A DNA stretch of 32,000 bases from Nitrososphaera viennensis EN76 (GTDB lineage: Archaea > Thermoproteota > Nitrososphaeria > Nitrososphaerales > Nitrososphaeraceae): the NCBI RefSeq assembly GCF_000698785.1, contig NZ_CP007536.1:1-32000 (forward strand), in the 5' to 3' direction. The notes under the pieces were generated by a model. That model worked only from the letters and a program-made list of their open reading frames with translations, had not been told where the DNA came from and searched no databases. Shown piece after piece: positions 17,029-24,189 of the stretch; position 1 is the stretch's first letter; every line of letters starts with the position of its first letter. The position numbers were made by a program, and so were the translations under genes.

Positions 17029-17385
17029 TTGACTGCGGAGCACTTCCAAGTAATATTCAAGAATCCCGGATACGAAACCTCGATCCGAATTCTGACCATT
17101 CGTGAAAAAGCGGAACTCCAAAAAATAATCGAAACATTAGAGGTAGCGCCTTTTCCTGAGCAGAATAATAGACTGTCAAAGCCACTTCGTCGACCTCTTG
17201 AGGGAAAATATGTTCTTCGTATTGCTAATGGCAAATACCGCCTAATCTATAGTATTGAACTAAACAGCAAGAAAGTCTTCTTGTGGTATGTCAAGCCTAG
17301 TCAAGAGTATACAATGCCGCGTGACAAGCTAACCTTGACTATACCACGCGTCTACCTAGTAAAAGAAGAAAATGAAGATGATTGA
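17029..17385 (+). CDS. RelE/ParE-superfamily toxin, archaeal RelE-like (118 aa)
   Basis: The core LEGKYVLRIANGKYRLIYSIELNSKKVFLWYVKPSQEY matches the RelE pattern G-x-YR-(L/V)-IY-x(5-8)-V-x(5)-(K/R)-P-x(3)-Y. The N-terminal F-x-V-x-F and helix-rich segment ending in P-F-P also fit. TTG start. There is an extra 22-aa acidic C-terminal tail. Confidence 0.65.
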   Translation: MTAEHFQVIFKNPGYETSIRILTIREKAELQKIIETLEVAPFPEQNNRLSKPLRRPLEGKYVLRIANGKYRLIYSIELNSKKVFLWYVKPSQEYTMPRDKLTLTIPRVYLVKEENEDD

Positions 17386-17454
17386 AAAATATGGGTTTGC
17401 TCGCCCCGTCTTTTAACCTCGCATTGCATTCATAAAACCGTGAAATTTACACGT

Positions 17455-17476
17455 CCGGACAGCAAATTCTCAATGA
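17455..17476 (+). repeat. right copy of imperfect direct repeat CCGGACAGCAAATTCTCAATGA (core TCTCAATGA 17468-17476)
   Basis: See 16036-16056. It lies directly adjacent to the cyclase TATA box. Confidence 0.55.
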
Positions 17477-17484
17477 CTTTAAAT
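17477..17484 (+). promoter_or_regulatory. TATA-like box CTTTAAAT, 30 nt upstream of GTG 17514
   Basis: The same octamer and a similar spacing (30 vs 27 nt) are seen at the HMG-CoA synthase promoter. Confidence 0.45.
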
Positions 17485-17513
17485 CCCGCGAGTTACAATA
17501 TTGGAGGGCAGGC

Positions 17514-18347
17514 GTGGCCCCGGAAGCAAAGGACGAGAAAAAGGAGGCCAAGAAGGACAAGGCCGAGGATAGCACGAGCAAGAGCCTCGTCGGGATGATG
17601 ATGGGGGAAAGCTCGGCCGAGGAAAAAACGACAGTCGTCGTCGACTCGGAAACGCTCGTTGCGCAGACGCAGGACAGGCTGTGGCGCGCGCTAAAGCGCC
17701 GCTACCAGTACGACTCGTCGCTGAAACCGGGACAGGAATACCTGCTGTCGCACGTCAGCAGCAAGATCCCGCTCGTGATAATGTACGCCGACCTCGTGGG
17801 CTCGACAAACATGAGCATGACGCTCCCGGTGGACAAGCTTGTGACTATAATCCGCGCGTTCACGCAGGAAATGTCGTCGGTGGTGGAAAGCCACAAGGGA
17901 TATGTTTTGAAATACGTGGGCGACGCAGTCATTGCGTTTTTCCCTGCAAGCTACAACCGGCTGAGCGCCTGCGACAGGGCAGTCCAGTGCGCCCGGTCGA
18001 TGATAACGGTGGTAAAAAACGGCATCAACCCCATCTTGAACCAGTACGATTACCCCGAGCTTGGCGTAAAGATAGGCATGGACGTGGGCGAAAACGTCAT
18101 CGTGCAGTACGGCCATGACAAGAGCTCGCCAATCGATATTCTTGGATACTGCATGAACGTGGCCGCCAAGATAACGTCGCTTACAGGCCCAAACAGGATA
18201 TCGATAGGGCAGGACGTCTACGACCTGCTCCACCCGTCAGAGAAAAACAAGTTCAAGGAGATGAAGCTTGGGGCCGAGGAATGGAAGTACAGGGACCGCG
18301 TGACAGACAAGGTGTACCGCGTCTATACGCTGATGGAAAACAGATAA
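17514..18347 (+). CDS. class III adenylate/guanylate cyclase catalytic-domain protein (277 aa), no sensor domain
   Basis: VIMYADLVGST (metal Asp), VLKYVGDAVIAFF (Lys plus second metal Asp) and DILGYCMNVAAKITS (Asp and Asn of the VN-x-A-x-R motif, with Lys in place of Arg). The N-terminal ~70 aa are K/E-rich and low-complexity. GTG start. Confidence 0.8.
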   Translation: MAPEAKDEKKEAKKDKAEDSTSKSLVGMMMGESSAEEKTTVVVDSETLVAQTQDRLWRALKRRYQYDSSLKPGQEYLLSHVSSKIPLVIMYADLVGSTNMSMTLPVDKLVTIIRAFTQEMSSVVESHKGYVLKYVGDAVIAFFPASYNRLSACDRAVQCARSMITVVKNGINPILNQYDYPELGVKIGMDVGENVIVQYGHDKSSPIDILGYCMNVAAKITSLTGPNRISIGQDVYDLLHPSEKNKFKEMKLGAEEWKYRDRVTDKVYRVYTLMENR

Positions 18348-18384
18348 GAGAAGAAGAAGAAAAAGGAAAAAGAGAAAGAAAGGC
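18348..18384 (-). terminator. T-rich tract after rps9 on the minus strand (CTTTCTTTCTCTTTTTCCTTTTTCTTCTTCTTCTC)
   Basis: Two T5 runs lie directly after the S9 stop. Archaeal termination typically uses oligo-T. On the plus strand this is a pure purine tract. Confidence 0.45.
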
Positions 18385-18831
18385 TTAACGGTACGATTTC
18401 TGCTTTCTGCGCCTTGCGCCGGGGCCGCCGAACTTTTTCGATTCGGACTGCCTGTGGTCGCCTGCGAGAAAGTGCCTGTCGTACTCTGTCAGTTTCTTGC
18501 GGATCTCTTCTCGGACGCTCTTTGGGAACGGGTGCTCCTTGGGATCCTTGTCGCCCTTGACGTCGCCGGTGAGCGCTCTGGAAATGGCGACTGCGCTTGC
18601 AAACGCCTGGCCCATAAAGCCGCCGCCTGCAACCTGCACGTTGATGTCGACCTTGTTGCGCTGGTCGCCAACGAGCGTGAGCGGGGTGAGCAAGAGCTCC
18701 TTTGCAACCTCTGGCTGCACGAGCTCCGCCGGTATGTTGTTTATCCTGACTCTGCCGGAGCCCTTGGCGATTGTCGCCACGGCCTTGCTCGTCTTTCTCT
18801 GGCCCGGGTAAAGGTCTATCTTGCTTGTCAT
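18385..18831 (-). CDS. rps9: 30S ribosomal protein S9 (uS9)
   Basis: GQRKTSKAVATI...GGGFMGQA.A...ISRAL and the C-terminal GPGARRRKQKSYR are typical of uS9. ATG at 18829-18831 sits 2 nt after the L13 stop. The longer track start at 18855 would overlap L13. Confidence 0.9.
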   Translation of the reverse strand: MTSKIDLYPGQRKTSKAVATIAKGSGRVRINNIPAELVQPEVAKELLLTPLTLVGDQRNKVDINVQVAGGGFMGQAFASAVAISRALTGDVKGDKDPKEHPFPKSVREEIRKKLTEYDRHFLAGDHRQSESKKFGGPGARRRKQKSYR

Positions 18832-18833
18832 GA

Positions 18834-19301
18834 TTATGATGGCACTCCCTTCCATCCTATCTGCTTGGCGACGTCGCCCATCGAGATATAGTATGCCTCC
18901 GGCTTGGTAATCTTGGAATCTTCAAACGACTGCATCTTGGCAGCCTTCATTTCTTCTGGGACCCCGATATATACCCTGAGACGCTGGTGCGCTTCAATGC
19001 CTGTAGTCTTTTGCTTTGGCACCATGCCCCTCACCATCTTTGACAGTATGGTGTCCGGCCTCCTTGGGTGGAACGGGCCGTGAATGGGGTTCGTGACCGA
19101 GTTGATTTCAAGGTGCTCCTTGTACTGCTCGATTACTTTGTAGCGGTTGCCTGAAAGCATCGCCTTCTCTGCGTTTACTATTGCGACCTTGTTGCCCTGC
19201 AGGAGCAGTTTTGAGACGTGCGAGCACATCCTGCCTGCGATGCAGTTTGTCGCGTCAACGACAATGGTTTGCGGTTTCTTGGTATTATTATTGTCAGCCA
19301 A
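18834..19301 (-). CDS. rpl13: 50S ribosomal protein L13 (uL13)
   Basis: VVDATNCIAGRMCSHVSKLLLQGNKVAIVNAEKA...RMVRGMVP is a uL13 signature. The gene lies in the conserved rpoD-L18e-L13-S9 order. Confidence 0.9.
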   Translation of the reverse strand: MADNNNTKKPQTIVVDATNCIAGRMCSHVSKLLLQGNKVAIVNAEKAMLSGNRYKVIEQYKEHLEINSVTNPIHGPFHPRRPDTILSKMVRGMVPKQKTTGIEAHQRLRVYIGVPEEMKAAKMQSFEDSKITKPEAYYISMGDVAKQIGWKGVPS

Positions 19302-19644
19302 TTATCCTCACACCTTTTCCGTCCGGGTATTTCTTTATCAGGTCGTCAAGGCTCACGACCTTGCCTCCCATATCGCCGATCTTTTTTGCGGCTGACTCGG
19401 AGATTGAAAACGCGCAGACTGTCAGTTTGTGGCCCAGGTTGCCGGTGCCAAGCACCTTGCCAGGGACCACGATAACCTCGCTTGCCTTTGTGACCTGCGC
19501 AAGCCTGCCAAGGTTGACCTCGCTCCTGTTGGACCTCGGGCCGGAAACGCGGTCTTCAAGGTCCTTCCAGATGGGCGCCTTGTTCTTCTTGGCCGCCTTG
19601 CGGAGGGTCCAAACGGTATTGTCGACTAGAGTGTTAGCGAACAT
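19294..19644 (-). CDS. rpl18e: 50S ribosomal protein L18e (eL18)
   Basis: RSNRSEVNLGRL...VVVPGKVLGTG.L.HKLTVCAFSISESA..KI matches archaeal L18e. It overlaps L13 by 8 nt. Confidence 0.9.
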   Translation of the reverse strand: MFANTLVDNTVWTLRKAAKKNKAPIWKDLEDRVSGPRSNRSEVNLGRLAQVTKASEVIVVPGKVLGTGNLGHKLTVCAFSISESAAKKIGDMGGKVVSLDDLIKKYPDGKGVRIIG

Positions 19645-19703
19645 AATATCCTCGTGTCCTCTTTACGTTCCTAATCAAATCTGGAATCCCCAAATAAACG
19701 TAC

Positions 19704-20360
19704 CTAGGCGCTCTTTGGTATCTTGAGCGAGCCTATGACCTGCTTGAAGTTCTTGATCTTGGACTGCAGGCGCTCCGTCGCTTCCTTCAGTATCTCTTCT
19801 GCCGTAAGCGCGCCGTTTGTCTCGATGACGAGCACTATCTCGCTTTCGTCCTTGCCGTCCTTGACTACAGCCGCCGAAGTCGGCTGCCACTTGGCGTGCT
19901 GCTTGCCTACGCCAAGGCGTGCGTACGCCTCGAATTTCAGTTTCTGGCTTGGAGCAAGCACGACTATGGGGATGTCCTTGCTCACAGGCTTGACCATCTC
20001 GTCCTCTGACACCATCTCGCCGGAGGTGACGACCTTGGTCTTGTCCGTTGCCTCTGCGTCAAGGACTAGCAGAACCCTGCACTTGGCGCAACCGAGTGTA
20101 CTGCCGCAGTCGCACTCGTGGGGCATAACGAACCTGCCCGGGTCGGTCCTGAGCGGGATGAGGCCGAGGCGGTGCGCCACTGCCTCGTCGTGCATGACTG
20201 ACGAGTTTTCAAGGATTACCACGTCGTCGATTGCAAGCGTCGGGACCTCGCTTATGGCAAGGCGCCTGAGCGCGTTTACGTACTGCCTTGGAATATTGTT
20301 AAACTTGGCAACGATCCTGTTATCTGATTTTTCAACAACTTCGACCGAAGGAGAAACCAA
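19704..20360 (-). CDS. rpoD: DNA-directed RNA polymerase subunit D (Rpo3)
   Basis: NALRRLAISEVPTLAIDDVVILENSSVMHDEAVAHRLGLIPL plus the Cys cluster CDCGSTLGCAKC. TTG at 20360 gives the usual short N-terminus (MVSPSVEVVEKSDNRIVAKF...). The ORF is open to 20468 (GTG 20468, ATG 20447), but the extra residues look non-native. Confidence 0.85.
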   Translation of the reverse strand: MVSPSVEVVEKSDNRIVAKFNNIPRQYVNALRRLAISEVPTLAIDDVVILENSSVMHDEAVAHRLGLIPLRTDPGRFVMPHECDCGSTLGCAKCRVLLVLDAEATDKTKVVTSGEMVSEDEMVKPVSKDIPIVVLAPSQKLKFEAYARLGVGKQHAKWQPTSAAVVKDGKDESEIVLVIETNGALTAEEILKEATERLQSKIKNFKQVIGSLKIPKSA

Positions 20361-20384
20361 TACTTCCGAAAGTTGCCAAAACGT

Positions 20385-20395
20385 CCTTAAAAATC
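20385..20395 (-). promoter_or_regulatory. TATA-like GATTTTTAAGG (minus strand), 25 nt upstream of the rpoD TTG at 20360
   Basis: Its spacing supports the TTG start and a leaderless r-protein/RNAP operon transcript. Confidence 0.4.
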
Positions 20396-20443
20396 TACCG
20401 AAACTTGCAAAAATTATCGGGCCCGCACGGCGGCCTGACACAT

Positions 20444-20457
20444 GCATAAATATATGC
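20444..20457. promoter_or_regulatory. AT-rich near-palindrome GCATAAATATATGC in the rpoD/SBDS divergent spacer
   Basis: Lies 32 nt upstream of the SBDS ATG at 20489. It is a candidate TATA element for the plus-strand superoperon. Confidence 0.35.
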
Positions 20458-20488
20458 GCCAAGTCCACAAGCTGCTGTAGTAAAAAGT

Positions 20489-21178
20489 ATGACGGACAAC
20501 AAGTTCACCATAGTTCGCCTCTCAGTCGAAGGCGACAAGTTCGAGCTGCTGGTCAAGCCAGACCCTGCCCTCGAGTACAAGCTGGGCAAGAGGGCGGACA
20601 TTTCAAGCGTGCTTGTTTCCGACGAAGTCTACTCTGACGCAAACAAGGGTTCCCGCGCCTCAAGCGAGAAGCTCATGAAGCACTTCAAGACCACGGACCA
20701 GGCGGAGGTGGCCAGGCAGATACTTGCCCGTGGCGAGCTCAACCTCACCACGGACCAGCGCCGCAAGATGGTCGAGGAAAAGCGCAAGCAAATAGTCTCG
20801 TACATCCACCACAGCTTTGTAGACCCCAAGTCGCACCTGCCGCACCCGATAACCCGGATAGAGGCGGCAATGGAGCAGGCAAGGGTGAGCATCGACCCGC
20901 ACAAAAAGGCAGAGGACCAGGCCAAGGACGTGGTAGACGCGCTCCGCGCGATATTGCCATTAAAGTCGGAGACCCTGAAGCTGATAGTGAGGGTGCCTCC
21001 GCAGTACGCCGGCCAGTCGTACAGCGTGATAAAGCCGGCAGGCGAGCTAAAGAGCGAGGAATGGCAGGCCGACGGCTCTCTGCGAGTGGTAATCGAGATG
21101 AACGCCGGCATGCGCGGGAACTTTATCGACCGGCTCGGCTCTGTGACCAAGGGCACGGCTGAAGTGAAAGAGGCGTAA
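20489..21178 (+). CDS. SBDS-family ribosome maturation protein (Sdo1)
   Basis: IVRLSVEGDKFELLVKPDPALEYKLGK...VLVSDEVYSDANKG is typical of the SBDS N-terminal FYSH domain. It is the first gene of the exosome superoperon. Confidence 0.9.
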   Translation: MTDNKFTIVRLSVEGDKFELLVKPDPALEYKLGKRADISSVLVSDEVYSDANKGSRASSEKLMKHFKTTDQAEVARQILARGELNLTTDQRRKMVEEKRKQIVSYIHHSFVDPKSHLPHPITRIEAAMEQARVSIDPHKKAEDQAKDVVDALRAILPLKSETLKLIVRVPPQYAGQSYSVIKPAGELKSEEWQADGSLRVVIEMNAGMRGNFIDRLGSVTKGTAEVKEA

Positions 21179-21290
21179 TGGCACCCACTTAAAATATAAG
21201 TCAGCTATTATAATTGCCCACAAGGAGAAGAAATAATGGAATGGAACAGTCGTTTTGTGACGGGCTTTGCCCCGTGGTGAGTTATAGCGT

Positions 21291-22145
21291 ATGAATGACG
21301 TGCGCAGAAGATACGTTATCCCCGGCGACAAGATAGTCGAGGGCAATTACAGGCCGATAATGAACGTTGTAAGGTCGGGAAACGCGCTCATTGCAACCCG
21401 CATTGGCATTGCAGAGGCGGGCCGCGACGGCGTCAAGGTGATACCGCTGTCCGGGGTGTACATCCCGCGCGTAAACGACCTCGTGATAGGCAAGATAGTG
21501 GACCACACCTCGCTTTCATGGGAGGTGGACATCAATTCATGCTTCTCGGCTAACCTTCCTGCATCCGACGTCTTTGGCAGGGACTTTTCGCCGGCAAGGG
21601 ACGACATGACAAAGCACCTTGCGATAGGCGACATGATTACCGCAAGAGTCGCGGCCTTTGACAGGACGCGCGACCCTATGCTGACCCTGCAGGACCGCGA
21701 CCTTGGCAAGATACCAAGGGGCGAACTGCTAAAGATATCGGCAACTAGGGTCCCGCGCCTGATAGGCAAGCGGGGCTCGATGATCCAGACGATAGAGCAG
21801 GCAACGCAGACGCGCGTGCTCATCGGCCAGAACGGCATCGTGGTCGTGACGGGAAGAAGCCCAGAAGGCATAGAGCAGGCGGTAAAGGCGATCAGGATGG
21901 TGGAAGACGAGGCCCACACGTCCAACCTGACGCAGAGGATCAAGGTCCTCCTTAACGTGCCGGACACGCCCGCAGCAGAAGTGCCGCCGGCAAGCAACGG
22001 CAGTAATGGCAGTGGTAATGGTGGGGCTGCTGCAGTACCGCAGGAAACAACAACCCGTGCGGATTCTTCTGCAAGTGGTGAGGCAACTACAGCAGCAGAA
22101 GGAGGAGGAGAAGAAGAGGGAATGGAGGTTGAAGATCAAAAATGA
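21291..22145 (+). CDS. rrp4: exosome complex RNA-binding subunit Rrp4 (S1 + KH), with ~60-aa low-complexity acidic tail
   Basis: VIPGDKI...[15 protein letters not shown] (S1) and [26 protein letters not shown] (KH). GGTGAG lies 9 nt upstream of the ATG and is SD-like. The stop overlaps the Rrp41 start (ATGA). Confidence 0.9.
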   Translation: MNDVRRRYVIPGDKIVEGNYRPIMNVVRSGNALIATRIGIAEAGRDGVKVIPLSGVYIPRVNDLVIGKIVDHTSLSWEVDINSCFSANLPASDVFGRDFSPARDDMTKHLAIGDMITARVAAFDRTRDPMLTLQDRDLGKIPRGELLKISATRVPRLIGKRGSMIQTIEQATQTRVLIGQNGIVVVTGRSPEGIEQAVKAIRMVEDEAHTSNLTQRIKVLLNVPDTPAAEVPPASNGSNGSGNGGAAAVPQETTTRADSSASGEATTAAEGGGEEEGMEVEDQK

Positions 22146-22882
22146 CACAGACAAGAAATTTGATAGATGAAAACGGCAAGAGGACAGACGGGCGCACCAT
22201 TGACGAGCTGCGCCCGGTCAAGATAGTCGTCGGCACCGTGAAAAACGCCGACGGCTCGGCTTACATCGAATTTGGCAAGAACAAGATTGTAGCGGCAGTG
22301 TACGGGCCAAGGGAGGTGCACCCGAAACACCTCGCGCAGCCCGACAGGTGCGTGCTGCGTTGCAGGTACCACATGTCGCCGTTCTCGACCGACACGCGCA
22401 AAAACCCTGCGCCTTCCAGAAGGGAAGTCGAGATTTCAAAGGTGATGCGCGAGGCGCTAGAGCCGGCGCTCATGCTTGAGGACTACCCTCGCGCAGCAAT
22501 CGACGTGTTTGTCGAGGTGCTGCAGTCGGACGGCGGCTCCAGGTGCGCCGGCATCACGGCTGCGTCTGTTGCACTGGCAGACGCCGGCATCAACATGCGC
22601 GACATCGTCGCAGCGTGCGCCGCAGGCAAGGTCGACGAAAAAATAGTTCTTGACATCAACGACACCGAGGACAAGGAGGGCGGGGCAGACATGCCAGTCG
22701 CGTACATGCCGAGGCTCGGCCAGGTTACCCTGATGCAGCTTGACGGCAAGCTGACGCCGGAGCAGTTCAGCGAGTGCCTCGACAAGGCAATAACTGGCTG
22801 CAACATGGTCTACGAGATCCAGCGCCAGGCGCTGATGCAGAAGTACTTTGGCAACGAAACGGAGGTCAAGGAAGAACAATGA
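22142..22882 (+). CDS. rrp41: exosome complex exonuclease Rrp41 (RNase PH domain)
   Basis: [15 protein letters not shown]...[18 protein letters not shown]...[21 protein letters not shown] is typical of the catalytic RNase PH subunit. Confidence 0.9.
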   Translation: MTQTRNLIDENGKRTDGRTIDELRPVKIVVGTVKNADGSAYIEFGKNKIVAAVYGPREVHPKHLAQPDRCVLRCRYHMSPFSTDTRKNPAPSRREVEISKVMREALEPALMLEDYPRAAIDVFVEVLQSDGGSRCAGITAASVALADAGINMRDIVAACAAGKVDEKIVLDINDTEDKEGGADMPVAYMPRLGQVTLMQLDGKLTPEQFSECLDKAITGCNMVYEIQRQALMQKYFGNETEVKEEQ

Positions 22883-23703
22883 GCACATCAAAACGTTCCT
22901 CGATAATAGTGGAGCACCTGCGCAAGCAGCAGATGCTCGACTCGATGGCAAAGGGCAAGAGGATTGACGGCCGCGCGTTTGACGAGCAGAGGCCGCTTGA
23001 AATAGAGATAGACGTGATAAAGAAGGCCAACGGGTCAGCCCGCGTAAGGCTGGGCAACTCGGAGGTGATAGCAGGCGTCAAGGTGGAGACCGGCGAGCCG
23101 TTTGAGGGCCTTGAGAACAAGGGCGCCCTCATCGTGTCAGCCGAGGTCCTGCCGACCGCGTCGCCGCACGTCGAGCCAGGCCCTCCAGACGAGGAGGTCA
23201 TAGAGCTTGCACGCGTAGTCGACAGGGGAGTGCGCGAGTCAGAGACCGTCGACCTCGAAAAGCTGGTGCTCGTAGAGGGCAAGATCGTATACACGATATT
23301 CGTGGACTGCAGCGTGCTAAACGCCGACGGCAACCTCTTTGACGCAACGTCGTACGCGACTGTCGCCGCGATACTCACGGCCAAGATACCCGTCCTTGAA
23401 ATGCAGGAGGGCAAGGTGGTGGACACGGGCAAGACGATGCCGATGCCGGTGACTACGATCCCGATCTCTATCACGCAGGTCAGGATAGGCGACGCGATAC
23501 TGGTCGACCCGACGGCAGAAGAAGAGGGCGCCATGGACGCAAGGATAACCATAACGACCTCGGACGAGGGATACTGCGCGCTGCAAAAGGGCTACACGGG
23601 CTCGTTCACGATAGAGCAGATAAAGAAGGCGGCCGAGACAGCAAGAATTAAAGGAGAGGAAGTCCGCGCCAAGATGAAGGAGATAACGAAGTATGGCACG
23701 TAA
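22879..23703 (+). CDS. rrp42: exosome complex subunit Rrp42 (RNase PH-like)
   Basis: [16 protein letters not shown]...[21 protein letters not shown] at 22879 overlaps the Rrp41 stop (ATGA). The track ORF start at 22774 lies inside Rrp41. Confidence 0.9.
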   Translation: MSTSKRSSIIVEHLRKQQMLDSMAKGKRIDGRAFDEQRPLEIEIDVIKKANGSARVRLGNSEVIAGVKVETGEPFEGLENKGALIVSAEVLPTASPHVEPGPPDEEVIELARVVDRGVRESETVDLEKLVLVEGKIVYTIFVDCSVLNADGNLFDATSYATVAAILTAKIPVLEMQEGKVVDTGKTMPMPVTTIPISITQVRIGDAILVDPTAEEEGAMDARITITTSDEGYCALQKGYTGSFTIEQIKKAAETARIKGEEVRAKMKEITKYGT

Positions 23704-23926
23704 AAAGAGCTCGACAGCCTTGAAGGGCCAGGGCGTCAAGTTTGGAGCCACCGTCCGCAAGCGCTATGGCAAGGTGTACCGCACGCTCCACAAGAAGCGC
23801 CGCTGCCCGTCCTGCGGGTCGCTGAGGTTTGGCCGCGTCGCCTCCGGCATCTGGGAATGCCCCAAGTGCAGCTTCAAGATAGCGTCGGGCGCGTACGACA
23901 TTGACCTCGAAAGCCTGCAAAGCTGA
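23693..23926 (+). CDS. rpl37ae: 50S ribosomal protein L37Ae (eL43), zinc ribbon
   Basis: GATVRKRYGKV....HKKRRCPSCG....R.ASGIWECPKC shows the CxxC...CxxC ribbon. It sits at the conserved position after Rrp42. Confidence 0.9.
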   Translation: MARKKSSTALKGQGVKFGATVRKRYGKVYRTLHKKRRCPSCGSLRFGRVASGIWECPKCSFKIASGAYDIDLESLQS

Positions 23927-24149
23927 AATAAGAATCCGGGTCAAGGGGCCATCGAAGGCAGGGCCGATTTATTCCGCGCTGGCTCCAGACCTGAAAAAGC
24001 TGGAAGGAAAAAACGAAAGGCTGGAATTGCAGGTTTCCGGCTCCCGCCTCACCTTTTCTATCGAGACAGACGACCTTGCTTCTCTGCGCGCAAACGTCAA
24101 CTCGTATCTGCGTCTGGTCGACGCGGCTCATCGGTGCCTAACGCTATGA
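23901..24149 (+). CDS. pcc1: KEOPS complex subunit Pcc1
   Basis: LTFSIETDDLASLRANVNSYLRLVDAA matches the Pcc1 C-terminal helix motif (ALRGTVNSYLRWI in Pyrococcus Pcc1, from memory). TTG start overlaps L37Ae by 26 nt. Confidence 0.75.
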   Translation: MTSKACKAEIRIRVKGPSKAGPIYSALAPDLKKLEGKNERLELQVSGSRLTFSIETDDLASLRANVNSYLRLVDAAHRCLTL

Positions 24150-24189
24150 TTTTATGTTGGTGTGCTTTACGTTTTTCTCGAACAACAAA

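Larger units (their letters stand above)
16057..17467 (+). mobile_element. putative inserted low-GC cassette (about 1.4 kb) carrying a RelE-like two-gene module; no integrase or transposase
   Basis: Hand-counted GC is about 37-43%, against about 55-60% in the flanks. The segment is bracketed by the direct repeat and lies exactly between two divergent TATA boxes. Confidence 0.4.

Noticed and set aside
16057-17467. Terminal inverted repeats just inside the direct repeats of the cassette.
   Set aside because: I compared the left inner end (ATCTATCGATGAAAAAAATC...) with the reverse complement of the right inner end (ATTTGCTGTCCGGACGTG...). Only the first two to four bases match, so there is no convincing TIR.
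17514-18347. The cyclase as part of a Pycsar/CBASS-like antiviral signalling system together with the neighbouring RelE cassette.
   Set aside because: No adjacent effector with a cyclic-nucleotide-binding, TIR or TM effector domain. The cyclase has host-like GC and its own promoter outside the cassette. The downstream neighbour is a convergent ribosomal operon. The idea is kept only as a specificity question in the cyclase finding.
21236-21280. A 14-codon upstream ORF (MEWNSRFVTGFAPW) in the SBDS-Rrp4 spacer.
   Set aside because: It is too short to support from sequence alone, and there is no evidence of conservation.
22774-22878. N-terminal extensions offered by the ORF track for Rrp42 (22774), rhodanese 2 (27498), the 105-aa gene (28280), prefoldin (24154), S9 (18855), the trpS-coupled ORF (31221) and rpoD (20468).
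   Set aside because: The extensions overlap the preceding gene or promoter and have non-native composition. Internal ATG/TTG starts give canonical N-termini, ATGA coupling or correct TATA spacing.
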